Assembly: GCA_963740175.1 (NCBI GenBank)
Contig: CAVUDL010000018.1
Coordinates: 1,381-65,380, forward strand
DNA length: 64,000 nucleotides
From: an uncultured Gemmatimonadales bacterium
GTDB lineage: Bacteria; Gemmatimonadota; Gemmatimonadetes; Gemmatimonadales; GWC2-71-9
Direction of reading: 5' to 3'
Both the position numbers and the translations under genes were made by a program. Positions 48,610 to 59,900 of the stretch are shown one piece after another (position 1 is the stretch's first letter; every line of letters begins with the position of its first letter). The notes beneath the pieces are model-generated. The model was not told the DNA's origin, did no database searches, and worked only from the letters and a program-made list of their open reading frames with translations.

Positions 48610-49368
48610 TCAGTATCGCGGCTGCCGCTGTCCGCTGCGGCTGGAGAGCAGGATCGTATCTCGATCTGCCGGAAGGTTCCAGTACCACTTCGAGTTCGGG
48701 TCGCTGGTATCCCACGCCTGGGCGTAGATCCACCATTTGCCGGGCGCGAGAGTGAATTGGGCCCAACCCGTGGCATCGGTCGTATCGGTGACCGGCTGGC
48801 TGCGCCTCGCGCGTGCCAAACCTTCGACGATGCTATCCCACCCACGGTAGGTGCTATCTTCCCACTGCCGAACGGCGGCGCGGAGACTCTCACTGCGAGA
48901 GACGAACTCGGCCCGGGCTCGATCCAGCGCCCCACGGGCCTGCCGGGCCTGCCGACTGGTTCGGCTAAGCGAGTCGGATAGGCGATCGCGCCGTGCGACC
49001 AGCCCCGCACGCTCAGGAGCACCGGATGGGAGCGAGTCCAGACGCTGCTCCACCGCGCGCAGCGAGTCGCGCAACTCGCTTTCCGCGTATGAGACGACCG
49101 TGTACGCGGTGAAGGGACCACGGAAGCGGACGAACATGCTGTCGAGCGTGGCGGTGTGCGGACGAGGTGTGGGAGCCCGCGCTTCCAGGCTGGCGAGTAC
49201 GCTGTCCCGGTCGTACGGGAGCGCGACCACGCCTACGCCCGCGGCGGGCGTCTCGACCGTGGATGGATCCGGGATCGATACTCGCACGGCCACCTGATTA
49301 CTGCTGTCGCAGGCGGCGACGAAGGCGATAAAGGTACTGAGAAGCGGGAGTTTGATTGAACCTGACAC
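48610..49368 (-). CDS. Hypothetical lipoprotein with a coiled-coil insert
   Basis: Lipobox VAAC; TDATG.A.F.L.PG.W transthyretin-like strands. Confidence 0.6.
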   Translation of the reverse strand: MSGSIKLPLLSTFIAFVAACDSSNQVAVRVSIPDPSTVETPAAGVGVVALPYDRDSVLASLEARAPTPRPHTATLDSMFVRFRGPFTAYTVVSYAESELRDSLRAVEQRLDSLPSGAPERAGLVARRDRLSDSLSRTSRQARQARGALDRARAEFVSRSESLRAAVRQWEDSTYRGWDSIVEGLARARRSQPVTDTTDATGWAQFTLAPGKWWIYAQAWDTSDPNSKWYWNLPADRDTILLSSRSGQRQPRY

Positions 49369-49440
49369 GTGCCAAAGCTACCGCCCTCCTGGTAGGGCTT
49401 CAACTCACTGCCGCGGCCCTCTCGGCTCAGACCCGAGGCG

Positions 49441-50187
49441 GTGGATACGCTGTTTCCGGCCAGGCCTGTCGGATACATCAACGACTTTGCCGGGCTGGTT
49501 GATCCCTCCTCAGAGGCCTCGTTGGAGGCCCTGGTCCTGCGTCTGAAGGCCGCTACCGGTAGCGAGGTAGTTGTCGTGACGCTGCCTTCCATAGGGGAAC
49601 GGGAGGCCTCGGAGGTAGCGCTGGCGATCGGCCGGCGCTGGGGTGTCGGGGCAAAGGCCGACCCCGGCGATCCCCGGCGTAACGCCGGGTTGGTGCTTCT
49701 GGTCGTTCCTCGCCAGAACCACCAGCCCGGAACAGGACACGTCCGCATCGAGGTGGGCAACGGCCTCGAGGGAATCGTTACCGATGCGAGCACCGTAGCA
49801 ATTCAAGATGTCATGCAGCCGGATCTCGAGCGCGAAGCCTACGACTCAGCGATCACGAAAGGCGTTGGGGCACTGGTCGGCACCATCGCTCGCGGCTACG
49901 GCGTGTCTGACTCCGCGCTGACCGCCTCCCGGCCTGTGCCCGACCGGGTCCCGGACACTCGGGGCGTGGGCAGCTTCCTGCCAATCGCACTGTTCATCGT
50001 ATTCCTGCTCCTCAGTGCCCGCAGTTCCAAGGGAAGACGGAACCGGAGACGGGTATATTGGGGAGGAGGTCCCTGGATCGGTGGTGGCTGGGGCGGCGGC
50101 GGCGGGTTCGGTGGTGGCGGCGGTGGTTTCGGAGGCTTCGGTGGAGGTGGTGGCTTCAGCGGTGGCGGTGGCGGAGGAAGATTCTGA
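49441..50187 (+). CDS. TPM-domain (YgcG-like) membrane protein with a Gly-rich tail; true start probably upstream
   Basis: GYINDFAG, VRIEVGNGLEG and GGFGGGGGFSGGGGGGRF. Confidence 0.9.
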   Translation: MDTLFPARPVGYINDFAGLVDPSSEASLEALVLRLKAATGSEVVVVTLPSIGEREASEVALAIGRRWGVGAKADPGDPRRNAGLVLLVVPRQNHQPGTGHVRIEVGNGLEGIVTDASTVAIQDVMQPDLEREAYDSAITKGVGALVGTIARGYGVSDSALTASRPVPDRVPDTRGVGSFLPIALFIVFLLLSARSSKGRRNRRRVYWGGGPWIGGGWGGGGGFGGGGGGFGGFGGGGGFSGGGGGGRF

Positions 50188-50910
50188 TGCGCGATTCCGT
50201 GGCCCGTGTGGTAGAACCTTTTCTGGTCCAGGCGGACAGCGCGCTGGGGCAGGGGTACAGCGCTATCCTGTACGGGTCCGCGGCCCGAGGCGACTACATC
50301 AAGGGCCGGTCCGACATCAACCTCATGCTCGTGGTCGACGAGCTCACTCCTAAAGTGCTCCGCTCACTCGGACCTGCGTTTGCTGGCTGGCGTAAGTCCA
50401 CCCGCGAGCCGCCGCTGGTGCTGAGCCGGGCCGAGTGGAACCGGGCCTCAGACGCCTTCCCGGTCGAAATCACCGACATGCGGACCTCCTACCTGGTACT
50501 CCGCGGAGCGGACCCGCTGCAGGGCGCGCAGGTCGATCCTGCCGATCTGCGAAAGGCACTGGAACGAGAGTTCCGCGGGAAGCTACTGCGGTTGCGCCAG
50601 GGATACGCCACCCACGCTCCCGATCCGGCGGCGCTGGGAGCCCTGGGTCTCCAGAGCGCGGCCACCATCCTGGTGCTCCTGCGAGGCGTGCTTGAGTCTG
50701 CTCGGCAAGCTGGTGCCCCACGACTCCCTGGAGCTTGCGGCCCACGCGGCGGCCACGGTCGGATTTGAAGGCGAGCACCTGCTGCACGTGGTTCGGCATC
50801 GGGTGGACCGGGAGTGGCGCTGCAACGCGCCGGAATTCGAGAACTACATGGAAGCCGTGGAGCATACCGCCCGATTCCTCGACCAACTTCAAATCGGAGA
50901 TCAGCGATGA
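50187..50910 (+). CDS. Nucleotidyltransferase-domain protein (frameshift near 50693)
   Basis: LYGSAARGDY..GRSDINL and DAFPVE. Confidence 0.8.
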
Positions 50911-51473
50911 ACCGCAGCTCCAGAATGCAGCCACCACTTCTGTTGGGACTCCTGTTGGTGGCCGGGTGCGGCTATAACACCATTCAGACTCTCGATGAGC
51001 GGGTCAATCAGGCCCAGGGGCAGATCCAGACCCAGCTTCAGCGGAGGTCCGACCTGATTCCCAACCTGGTCGAGACGGTGAAGGGGATCACCAAGCAGGA
51101 AGACACCGTCTTCATCTCTATTGCCAATGCCCGGGCTCGATTGGGCGGTGCGGTACAGTCCGGAAATGTGCCGGAGATGGCAGCGGCCAATCAGCAGCTC
51201 TCCCAGGGCCTCGGCCGCCTGCTGGCGATCGCGGAGAACTACCCGCAACTGCAATCGAGTCAGAACTTCCGACAGCTGCAGGAGCAGCTCGAGGGGACCG
51301 AAAACCGGGTCGCCGTCGCCCGCCAGGACTACAATGCCGCGGTCGGTGAATACAACAGCTACATCCGCCGCTTCCCCTACAATCTCACCGCCAAGGTCTT
51401 CGGCTTGGGTACCCCCCGCGAATACTTCGAGGCGGAAGAAGGAGCACGCGAGGCGCCGAAGGTGAAGTTCTAA
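50907..51473 (+). CDS. lemA: LemA family protein
   Basis: GCGYN, QLQRRSDLIPNLVETVKG, ENYPQL and LEGTENRVAVAR. Confidence 0.95.
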   Translation: MNRSSRMQPPLLLGLLLVAGCGYNTIQTLDERVNQAQGQIQTQLQRRSDLIPNLVETVKGITKQEDTVFISIANARARLGGAVQSGNVPEMAAANQQLSQGLGRLLAIAENYPQLQSSQNFRQLQEQLEGTENRVAVARQDYNAAVGEYNSYIRRFPYNLTAKVFGLGTPREYFEAEEGAREAPKVKF

Positions 51474-51575
51474 GAGAGGTCGGAGAGGGCGGAAATAACA
51501 AACCCCGGGGCATCGGCGCTCCGGGGTTTTTATCTTTACCGTCCTCTCCGCCCTCTCCGTCCTCTCCGTCCTCTC
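51474..51575. repeat. Palindromic microsatellite (9-nt unit) enclosing a bidirectional terminator
   Basis: GAGAGGTCGGAGAGGGCGG ... AAACCCCGG-..-CCGGGGTTTTT ... CCGTCCTCTCCGCCCTCTCCGTCCTCTCCGTCCTCTC. Confidence 0.8.
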
Positions 51576-52495
51576 TAGTCCGTCACTACTCCATCCGGTA
51601 ACACATACTTCAGCGGATTCACCGGACGGCCCTTGACGAGCACCTCGTAGTGGAGGTGGGGACCGGTGGCGAGGCCAGAGTTGCCGACTAGGGCAATGCG
51701 CTGGCCGCGGGACACTCGCTGGCCGGTGCGTACCAGCAGCTTGGAGGCGTGGGCAAACTTAGTAACGATGCCGAAGCCGTGATCGATGACCACCTTATTG
51801 CCGTAGCCCGCCTCCCACGCGGCGCTGGTAACCGTCCCGGCGGCAGGAGCTTCGATGGGGCTTCCCATGGGGGCCGACACATCGATACCCTCATGCGGCC
51901 GCGCCGTATGCAGGATCGGATGGGCTCTCATGGAGGAGAATGCGCTTGAGAGCCAGCCCTGGGTCGGCATGATGGAAGGCGTGGCGGCCAGCCTTGCCGA
52001 ATGATATGCCAGACTGTCGGCGGCTTCCCGGAAGGAAGACGCCAGGAGATTTGCGCGCCGAATCAGGGCTGCCAGATCGATGCGGATCTCCGCGGATCGG
52101 CGAGCCATGCCGGTAACGCCCAAGAGGCCGAGGTCTGCCGAGGGACCGCCGATTCCGGCCGCCTGTACCTGCGGATCGATCGGCTCGAGATTGGCGAGCA
52201 CCCGGATCCGGGCGTCTCGCTGGGATATCCGGGTCAGGGTGTCGGCCAGGGTCGCTAGCCGGCCGTTCAGTTCGCCCAGCTCCCGGGCCAAGGCCTCATT
52301 TTCCTCTTGCAGCTGAGTGGTGCGCGAGAGATCGGTAGTGTGGGAGACTGTCGCGTAGCCAGCCAGAAGAACCAGAACCAGGAGTCCCGCCGCGGCCGAG
52401 GCAGCTACCCGCAACACGCTGTAGGAGACCTCGACTATGCGCGAGGGCTCTGACCCGTGGGGGACGAGAACCAGAGTCCAGCGGCGTTTGGCCAT
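51575..52495 (-). CDS. M23 family metallopeptidase
   Basis: HEGID, GYGN and TGPHLHYEV; TM helix plus coiled coil. Confidence 0.93.
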   Translation of the reverse strand: MAKRRWTLVLVPHGSEPSRIVEVSYSVLRVAASAAAGLLVLVLLAGYATVSHTTDLSRTTQLQEENEALARELGELNGRLATLADTLTRISQRDARIRVLANLEPIDPQVQAAGIGGPSADLGLLGVTGMARRSAEIRIDLAALIRRANLLASSFREAADSLAYHSARLAATPSIMPTQGWLSSAFSSMRAHPILHTARPHEGIDVSAPMGSPIEAPAAGTVTSAAWEAGYGNKVVIDHGFGIVTKFAHASKLLVRTGQRVSRGQRIALVGNSGLATGPHLHYEVLVKGRPVNPLKYVLPDGVVTD

Positions 52496-52690
52496 GACGT
52501 ACCTCGAAAAATGTTCCAACGAGCTCACGCGGAGCAACCTACTAATCTGCAATTGTGAGGCCTTCGGAGGGGTGATGGTAGTCACCCCCCGTAACCCAAG
52601 GTGGCTCTTTTGGATCGACCTTGTCAAGAGCGAAAAACGATGATAACTCTTTCACTGTCAAGTAGTTTCGCACCTGGCGTCAGGTAACTG

Positions 52691-54205
52691 CTAGACAGTG
52701 GCGGGCTTGGGAAAAAGGGCCGCTCCCTTCCTTGTACGCCGTCCTTCCATCCGGGGATGCCTCGCCACCTCCCACGCCGTACTCGCGACGTTCCCGTCCA
52801 TTCCCAGCTCCTGCCAAAGCGTCTGCGCCTTTGATGGCATGAAGGGCGCCGACAGGATCGCGAGCCTGCAGAGCGCACGGGCCAGCGCACTAAGCACCTG
52901 GTCCAACTCCTCCTCCTTGCCGGCCTTCGCCAGTGACCATGGTGCAGCTTGTTGCACGAACAGATTCGCCCCTGACACGATCGTCCACGTCGCTTCGGCT
53001 CCCGCACGCAAGTCGAGTGCGTCCATCGCCCGGCCGTACTCCTCGACTGCCTTCTCGGCCAACTGGTCGAGGGAGGTCTCTCGGGGTGACCCGGGCACGG
53101 TGCCGTCGCGGTATTTGCCGAGCATCGCCAGGGTTCGCGACGCCAGATTGCCGAGCCCGTCCGCCAGATCTGCCGTGTAGCGCTCGTCGAAGCGTTCCCA
53201 TGTGAAGTTTCCATCGGCTTCGAAGCCGACTTCGCGCAGAAGGAAGTACCGTAGTGCGTCCGGGCCGTGTCGCTCGATCGCCTCGTCCAGTGTGACCGCC
53301 GTTCCGGCCGTCTTCGACATCTTGGCGCCTTCCCACTGGACGTAGCCGTGGGCCCACACCTGACGTGGCAGCTGCAGCTCGGCTGCCAGCAGCATGGCTG
53401 GCCATATAACGCAGTGGAACCGGGTAATGCCCTTGCCGATTACATGTAACTCTGCCGGCCACAACCGCTCGTATCCCGGCTCAGGAAACCCGGTGGCCGA
53501 CAGGTAGTTGATCAGTGCATCGAACCACACGTAGACCGTCTGCTCCGGGTCGCCGGGAAAGGGAATTCCCCACGGTTGGCGCAGCCGTGACACCGAAATG
53601 TCCTGAAGGCCGCCTTCCAGCAGGCGGACAACCTCGTTGCGCCGAATAGCCGGCTCGACCCGGAGCGTGCCGGCAGTGATCAGCTCCAGGATCCGATCGC
53701 CATAGCGGCTCAACCGGAAGAAATGGTTGCGTTCGCGGGTCCGAATCAGCTCCAGGGTGGGATGCTCGATGCAGTGCCCATCGACGATCTGGCTCTCCTG
53801 TTTGAACTCCTCGCACCCGGTGCAATAGAGACCTTCGTACTCCGCCACATAGAGATCGTCCGGGTGCAGTTGCTGAATGCGGAGCAGCAGCTCAGTCACG
53901 GAACGGAAATGACGGGGCTCGGTGGTTCGGATCCAGTCATCGTTGCTGCACTCGAGACGAGACCAGAACTCAGCAAAGCGCGCCGCCATGCGATCCACCC
54001 AGACTTGCGGTGGGACGCCGGCCCGGGCAGCGGCCTGCAAGACCGACTGGCTGTGCTCGTCCATGCCCATGAGGAAGTGCACGCGATCTCCCCGCAGCCG
54101 CCGATAGCGGGCAATACAGTCGGCTCCCACCTTCTCCAGTGCATGGCCGAGATGCGGGTCACCATTGGAATAATCGATGGCGGTTGTCAGGTAGAACTTC
54201 GGCAC
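52691..54205 (-). CDS. metG: Methionine--tRNA ligase (short form)
   Basis: FYLTTAIDY, HLGH, YVWFDAL.NY and KMSKT. Confidence 0.96.
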   Translation of the reverse strand: MPKFYLTTAIDYSNGDPHLGHALEKVGADCIARYRRLRGDRVHFLMGMDEHSQSVLQAAARAGVPPQVWVDRMAARFAEFWSRLECSNDDWIRTTEPRHFRSVTELLLRIQQLHPDDLYVAEYEGLYCTGCEEFKQESQIVDGHCIEHPTLELIRTRERNHFFRLSRYGDRILELITAGTLRVEPAIRRNEVVRLLEGGLQDISVSRLRQPWGIPFPGDPEQTVYVWFDALINYLSATGFPEPGYERLWPAELHVIGKGITRFHCVIWPAMLLAAELQLPRQVWAHGYVQWEGAKMSKTAGTAVTLDEAIERHGPDALRYFLLREVGFEADGNFTWERFDERYTADLADGLGNLASRTLAMLGKYRDGTVPGSPRETSLDQLAEKAVEEYGRAMDALDLRAGAEATWTIVSGANLFVQQAAPWSLAKAGKEEELDQVLSALARALCRLAILSAPFMPSKAQTLWQELGMDGNVASTAWEVARHPRMEGRRTRKGAALFPKPATV

Positions 54206-54359
54206 CCGGACTCCTCGAAGACGTGGCTGGACCTGTCACGAACTTAACGGGGCCTGCTTGGGAGAACCTAGCTTGTGTGCGTTGGGTCACCGCCCGGGAT
54301 TACGGTCCGGTGCTATCTCGCTGACGGATCATATCGTCATTTTCTTCATGGGGGTGAGC

Positions 54360-54647
54360 ATGGGCGTTCTCGACAAGCTCTTCGGCGAGGGTGGCAAAGG
54401 TGCCAAGGGAAAGGCCGACTTCTCTGACGTGCGGAGCGGCAGTTCCTCGACTGCACCCGCCTCGCAGGGCACCGGGAGCCGGCAGCGGACCTACACCGTT
54501 GTTGCCGGCGACAGTCTTTCCAAGATTGCGAAGCGCGAGTACGGCGATGCTTCCAAGTGGCCACGCATCTTCGAAGCCAATCGCGACAAGATACAGAACC
54601 CAGACCTGATCCATCCGGGACAGGTGCTGAATCTTCCCCAGGGATAA
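54360..54647 (+). CDS. LysM-domain protein
   Basis: YTVVAGDSLSKIAK..YG...W..IFEANRD.I.NPDLIHPGQVL. Confidence 0.92.
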   Translation: MGVLDKLFGEGGKGAKGKADFSDVRSGSSSTAPASQGTGSRQRTYTVVAGDSLSKIAKREYGDASKWPRIFEANRDKIQNPDLIHPGQVLNLPQG

Positions 54648-54656
54648 GGGGCCAAT

Positions 54657-55115
54657 ATGCTACGGTACGATTCAATCGCCGCCGCCCGCGCCGGATTCCT
54701 GGCACTCACGCTGGTGGTGTTGGGGTGCGGCAAAAAGGACAACACTGCCACGGTGGACACCGGGAGCAGGGCGGAGACCAACGCCGCCGCAGTCCGGGTG
54801 ACCAACCTCCAAGTCGGCCGCGCCATCGGCGCCGATAAGCGGCTCACCGATGAAACCGACGACTTCCGGCCGACCGATGTCATTTACGCCGTGGTGGAGA
54901 CGAAAGGGTCCGATGCGAACGCCGCACTCCAGGCGCGCTGGACCTTCGAGGACGGGCAGGTGGTCGACGAATCGAGCCAGAACATCTCAGCGGCCGGCGA
55001 CGACGTCACCGAGTTCCACATCACGAAGCCAAGCGGATGGCCCAAAGGAAAGTACAAGGTCGAAATACTGCTGAACGGTCAGCCGGTGGATTCGGAGGAC
55101 TTCGAAGTCAAGTAG
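54657..55115 (+). CDS. Hypothetical lipoprotein (beta-sandwich)
   Basis: Lipobox VLGC; GWPKGKYKVEILLNG. Confidence 0.7.
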   Translation: MLRYDSIAAARAGFLALTLVVLGCGKKDNTATVDTGSRAETNAAAVRVTNLQVGRAIGADKRLTDETDDFRPTDVIYAVVETKGSDANAALQARWTFEDGQVVDESSQNISAAGDDVTEFHITKPSGWPKGKYKVEILLNGQPVDSEDFEVK

Positions 55116-56007
55116 CTCTGCGCGGCCGCGCATCCGGCGTGGGAAAGAGATCTCCCAGCTGTTCTACTTCCTCTTTGAGTTGGAGGAGGGGGATGATGCG
55201 CGAGCCGTGTTCCTCGTGCTTGAGGAAGACCCGCTCCCGGAAAATGTCGACCGCAATGACCTTTTCCGGGCCCACCGCTGTTCGCAGCGTCTTCCCTTCT
55301 TTGGGAAAGCGCTTGCGGGCGGTGACGTAGAAATCGTGCTCGTACTTGAGGCAGCAGAGCAGCCTGCCGCAGCCACCGGAAATCTGCGACGGGTTCAGGG
55401 AGAGGTGCTGGTCCTTTGCCAGCCCCAGATTCACCGGTGAAAGCTCCTTGAGCCAGGTGGAGCAGCAGTACTCCCGGCCACACCGTCCCACACCCGACAG
55501 CCGTGCCGCCTCGTCCCGCACGCCGATTTGGCGGAGCTCGATACGGGTCCGAAACAGCGAGGCGAGGTCCCGCACCAGGGCGCGAAAGTCGACTCGCTTG
55601 TCCGCCGTAAAGTAGATCGTCAGCTTGTTGCGGTCCCACTGCCACTCGGTGTCACTCACTTTCATCAGCAGGTCGTGGGCTCGCACCCGCTGGATCACCT
55701 TCTGACGCACCTCTTCCTCCGATCCGCGCATCTCCCGGTGGATCTTGAGATCGTCGGCAGTGGCGCGTCGGACGACCGGCTTCGGGGGGGCCTTCTCTTC
55801 CGCGGCTTCTCCCACGGAGCACCCCGAGCAGCTGCTGGCGCACTTCTTGTCGGCCGCGGCTCCTACCGAAGTCACCCGGCCCAGGTCCCGACCGCGCTCC
55901 ACCTCGACGACCACGGCATCCTGTAGCCGGATCGGGTCGGTCTCGTCATCCCAGATGAAGTAGGCCTTCCGGGTCCCCTTGAATCGCACTTCGACGGTTT
56001 GCGGCAT
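55108..56007 (-). CDS. ricT: PSP1-domain RicT/YaaT family protein
   Basis: RVDFRALVRDLA..FRTRIELRQIGVRDEA, G.CGR..CC and ISG.CGRL.CCL.YE. Confidence 0.9.
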   Translation of the reverse strand: MPQTVEVRFKGTRKAYFIWDDETDPIRLQDAVVVEVERGRDLGRVTSVGAAADKKCASSCSGCSVGEAAEEKAPPKPVVRRATADDLKIHREMRGSEEEVRQKVIQRVRAHDLLMKVSDTEWQWDRNKLTIYFTADKRVDFRALVRDLASLFRTRIELRQIGVRDEAARLSGVGRCGREYCCSTWLKELSPVNLGLAKDQHLSLNPSQISGGCGRLLCCLKYEHDFYVTARKRFPKEGKTLRTAVGPEKVIAVDIFRERVFLKHEEHGSRIIPLLQLKEEVEQLGDLFPTPDARPRRAT

Positions 56008-56979
56008 CAGGCCTCGGTGAAGGCGCCCATGGCGGCGTACTTCTCGGCACGCCGGCGCACCAGTTTATCGGGCTTGCTCTTGCGGAGCTCGGTCACATGG
56101 CGGATGAGCGCCTCGCGCAGCGCCTCACCCGCGGCGTCGGGGTCGACGTGGGCCCCGCCCACTGGTTCCTTGACGATCTCGTCGATCAGTTTCAGCCGCA
56201 GCAGATCTTCCGCCGTAATCTTGAGCGCCTCAGCAGCGCGCTCCCGTTGGCTAGCGTCCTTCCACAGGATGGCCGCGCAGCCCTCGGGAGAGATCACCGA
56301 GTAGACCGAGTTTTCCAGCATCAGCACCCGGTCGGCCACACCGAGCGCCAGCGCTCCGCCCTGACCCGCCCTCACCGATAACCACGGCCACGCAGGGGGT
56401 GGGAAGCGCGGACATCTCCATGATGTTGCGGGCCAGCGCTTCGGACTGTCCCCGCTCCTCGGCGCCCAGGCCGGGGTATGCACCGGGCGTATCGATCAGG
56501 GTGATAACCGGCGCGGAGAACTTGGCGGCGAGCTTCATCAACCGAAGCGCCTTCCGGTAGCCCTCCGGATGCGGCATGCCGAAGTTGCGCTTCAGGTTGT
56601 CCTTGGTGTCCCGCCCCTTCTGGTGGCCGATGACCATCACCGACAAGCCGGCCAGGCGGGCCCAGCCGCCGACAATCGCGGGATCGTCCATGTAGAGACG
56701 GTCGCCGTGCAGCTCGATGAAGTCGGTGAAAATGGTACTCAGGTAATCCAGTGTGTAGGGCCGGCGCGGATGGCGGGCGACCATCACCCGCTGCAGTGGG
56801 GTGAGATTTCGGTAGATCTCGGCTCGAAGCGATGCGAGCTTGCCTTCCAGACCCTGAAGCTCACCCTCGATATCGATCTGCCGCTCGGTCCCAATACGCT
56901 TCAGATCCTCGATCTGCCGCTCCAGCTCCAGCAGCGGTTTCTCGAAGTCCAGAGTATAGGCAGAGGCCATCGGGCTCAT
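56007..56979 (-). CDS. accA: Acetyl-CoA carboxylase carboxyltransferase alpha (1-nt frameshift near 56360)
   Basis: [32 protein letters not shown] and [14 protein letters not shown]. Confidence 0.95.
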
Positions 56980-59900
56980 CCCGCCTTGACGTAGTGGACG
57001 GATTCGGTGCCGAGCAGATCGCGTAAGGCCCGCACGAGGTCATCTTCCGCCGCTACGCGGATGCGCCGGGAGCGAAGCCGAACCGCCTCGCCGTTGCCGT
57101 CGCTCCATTCAATATAGAGCGGCGTGGGACCGGGGTGCGCAGAACAGAGGGCGGCAGCCGCCTGCAGCGCCGAAGGCTCGGGCGCGGCCGGACAGCGCCA
57201 CCGCAGGCTCAAGGCGACAGCCCCGGACGACCGGAGTTCGCCCAGCGGCCGCGCGGTTTCCACGATAAACGGGGCCTGGTCCTCGCCCCGGTCGCGGTCG
57301 CTGTATCCGCCGGTAAGCAGGAGTGCGGCGTCGGGCGCGATCGTGGCGTTCAGCTTGGCCCAGGCATCCGGAAACACGATAGCCTCGGCCGTCCCATGAA
57401 AGTCCTCCAGGACCAGCCGGGCGTATTCCTTCCCGGTCTTCTTCGAAATCTGCCGCTTCACCCCCGTCACGACCGCGGCCACGCTCACCTGGTGCTCCCC
57501 CCACTGGCTCAGCGTCGCCGTGGTCCGGGTGCCGAACAGCTCGACTTCCTGGCGATAGCGCTCCAGCGGATGCCCCGAGATGAAGAAGCCGAGCACCTCC
57601 TTCTCCTTGGCCAGCCGTTCCGCCTCGGTCCACGGCGGCAGGTCGGAGAGGGCGGAGAGGTCGGAAAAGCTGGACCGTGAGGCCGCTCCGTTCCTTCCGT
57701 CTTCTCCGACTTCTCCGCCCCCAAACAGCGACCCCTGACCCGCCTCGCGCTCCTCGTGGAGCAGCTGCGCCTCTGCCAGAGCGGATTCGAGCGCTTCGAT
57801 GAGCTGCTTTCGATGTCCGCCTAGAGAATCGCAGGCGCCGGCGGCGACCAGCGACTCGAGCACCCGCTTGTTGCAGAGTCTGAGGTCGATCTGCTCGACC
57901 AGCTCGCGCCAGAGTGCCGTAGGGCCCGGTCTCCCGGCCGGCAATGATCGAGGCGATTGCGCCCTCGCCCACGTTGCGGACCGCGCCCAGCCCGAAGCGA
58001 ATGCGCCGCTCGCCGATGACGGTGAACTTGAAGCCCGACTCGTTGACATCGGGAGGAAGGATCTCCAGCTCCAGCTCGCGCGCCTCGTTGATGTATTGCA
58101 CCACCTTGTCGGTGTTGCCGATTTCCGAGGACAGCAGCGCGGCCATGAACTCGGCCGGATAGTGGGCCTTGAGCCACGCCGTCTGGTAGGACAGGATCGA
58201 ATACGCCACCGAGTGCGACTTGTTGAAGCCGTAGCGGCCGAAGGTCACGATCTGCCGTCCAAGCTCCTCCACCATGGCCCGCGGATGTCCCTGCGCCACC
58301 GCCCGCTCCACGAACTTCGCCACCTCCTGGTTCGCCAGTTCCTGATCCTTCTTGCCCACCGCCTTGCGGAGCACATCGGCTTCCGCGAGGCTGAATCCGG
58401 CCAGCACGTTGGCGATCCGCATCACCTGCTCCTGATACGTGATCACCCCGTAGGTGGGCTCCAGCACCTCCTGCAGGGCCGGATGGGGATACGTGACCTT
58501 TTCCAGACCCAGCTTCCGCCGGATGAACACGGTGTGCATGCCCGCATCCAGGGGCCCCGGCCTCAAAAGCGCGTTGGAGGCGACCAGGTCATCGAATCGA
58601 TCGCACCGCATGGCGCGAAGCGTATCGGTTGCGAGGGGAGACTCGAACTGGAACACACCGGCGGTGCGGCCCTGGCGGAGCAGCTCGTACACCTGGGGGT
58701 CATCGAAGGTCAGCGTCTCCATGTTCGGCCGGGCGCCGGAGCGGGCGCCGATCATCTCGACCGCGTCGTGGATGACGGTGAGCGTCTTCAGTCCCAGCAG
58801 GTCCATCTTGAGCATGCCCACCTTTTCCAGCGCACCCATCTCGTACTGGGTGATGATGGACTCGCCCTCCGCGGCCGCGCCGGCCCCCTTGGTAGGCGCA
58901 GTGCACACCGGCACATACTCAGACAGCGGGCCAGGCGCGATCACCACGCCGGCGGCGTGTACCGACATGTGCCGCGAGATCCCCTCGATGCGCGAGCTGA
59001 GCTTGATCAACCGCTGATAGGATGGGTTGTCGCGGACCAGGTCCCGAAGCTCGTCGACCTTATTCGCCGCCTCCCGTACCGGCAGGCTGTAGGCCGGTCC
59101 CGAAGGGATGAGCTTGGTGATACGGTCGGCCTCGCCCGGGGGGATCCGAAGCACCCGGGCAACGTCCTTGATCGCGGCGCGTGCCTTCATGGTGCCGAAG
59201 GTGACGATCTGCCCCACGCTGGCCCGTCCGTAGCGCTCCCGGACGTACTCGATCACCTCGCCCCGCCGCTCGAAGCAGAAGTCCACATCGATGTCCGGCA
59301 TCGACACCCGTTCCGGGTTCAGAAACCGCTCGAAGAGGAGGTCGAACTTGAGGGGGCAGACGTCGGTGATTGCCAGCGCGTAGGCCACCAGCGACCCCGC
59401 GGCCGACCCACGCCCGGGTCCCACCGGAATGCCCCGGTCCCGCGCCGCGGCAATGAAGTCGTGCACGATCAGGAAGTAACCGGCGTAGCCTGCCTTGTTG
59501 ATGACGCCCAACTCGTAGCTCAGACGCTCCCGTACTTCGGGCGGCAGCGGCGCCCCGTAGCGACGCTCCGCGCCGGTGGTGGCGAGATGGTTCAGGAGCG
59601 CTTCGTCGCTGGCGTACTCGGCCGGGCGGGGGAATTCCGGAAGGAAGTAGCGCTTCTCGAAGTCGAACTCGCAGAGCTCCGCCACCCGGGCGGTGTTGCT
59701 GAGCGTATCGGGGTGCTCCGGAAACAGCGCCTGCATCTCCGCTTCCGATTTGACGTACGATTCCTGTCCGGTGAACCGGAATCGCTTCGGATCATCCAGA
59801 TCGCTGCCCGTCCCGATGGCCAGCAGCACGTCGTGCGCTTCCGCGTCTTCGCGCTTCAGGTAGTGGGCATCGTTAGTGGCCACCACCGGAAGCCCCAGTT

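Noticed and set aside
52500-52610. Riboswitch (for example c-di-AMP) in the M23 peptidase leader
   Set aside because: A hairpin (GGGGTGA..TCACCCC) is present, but I could not match a known aptamer consensus.
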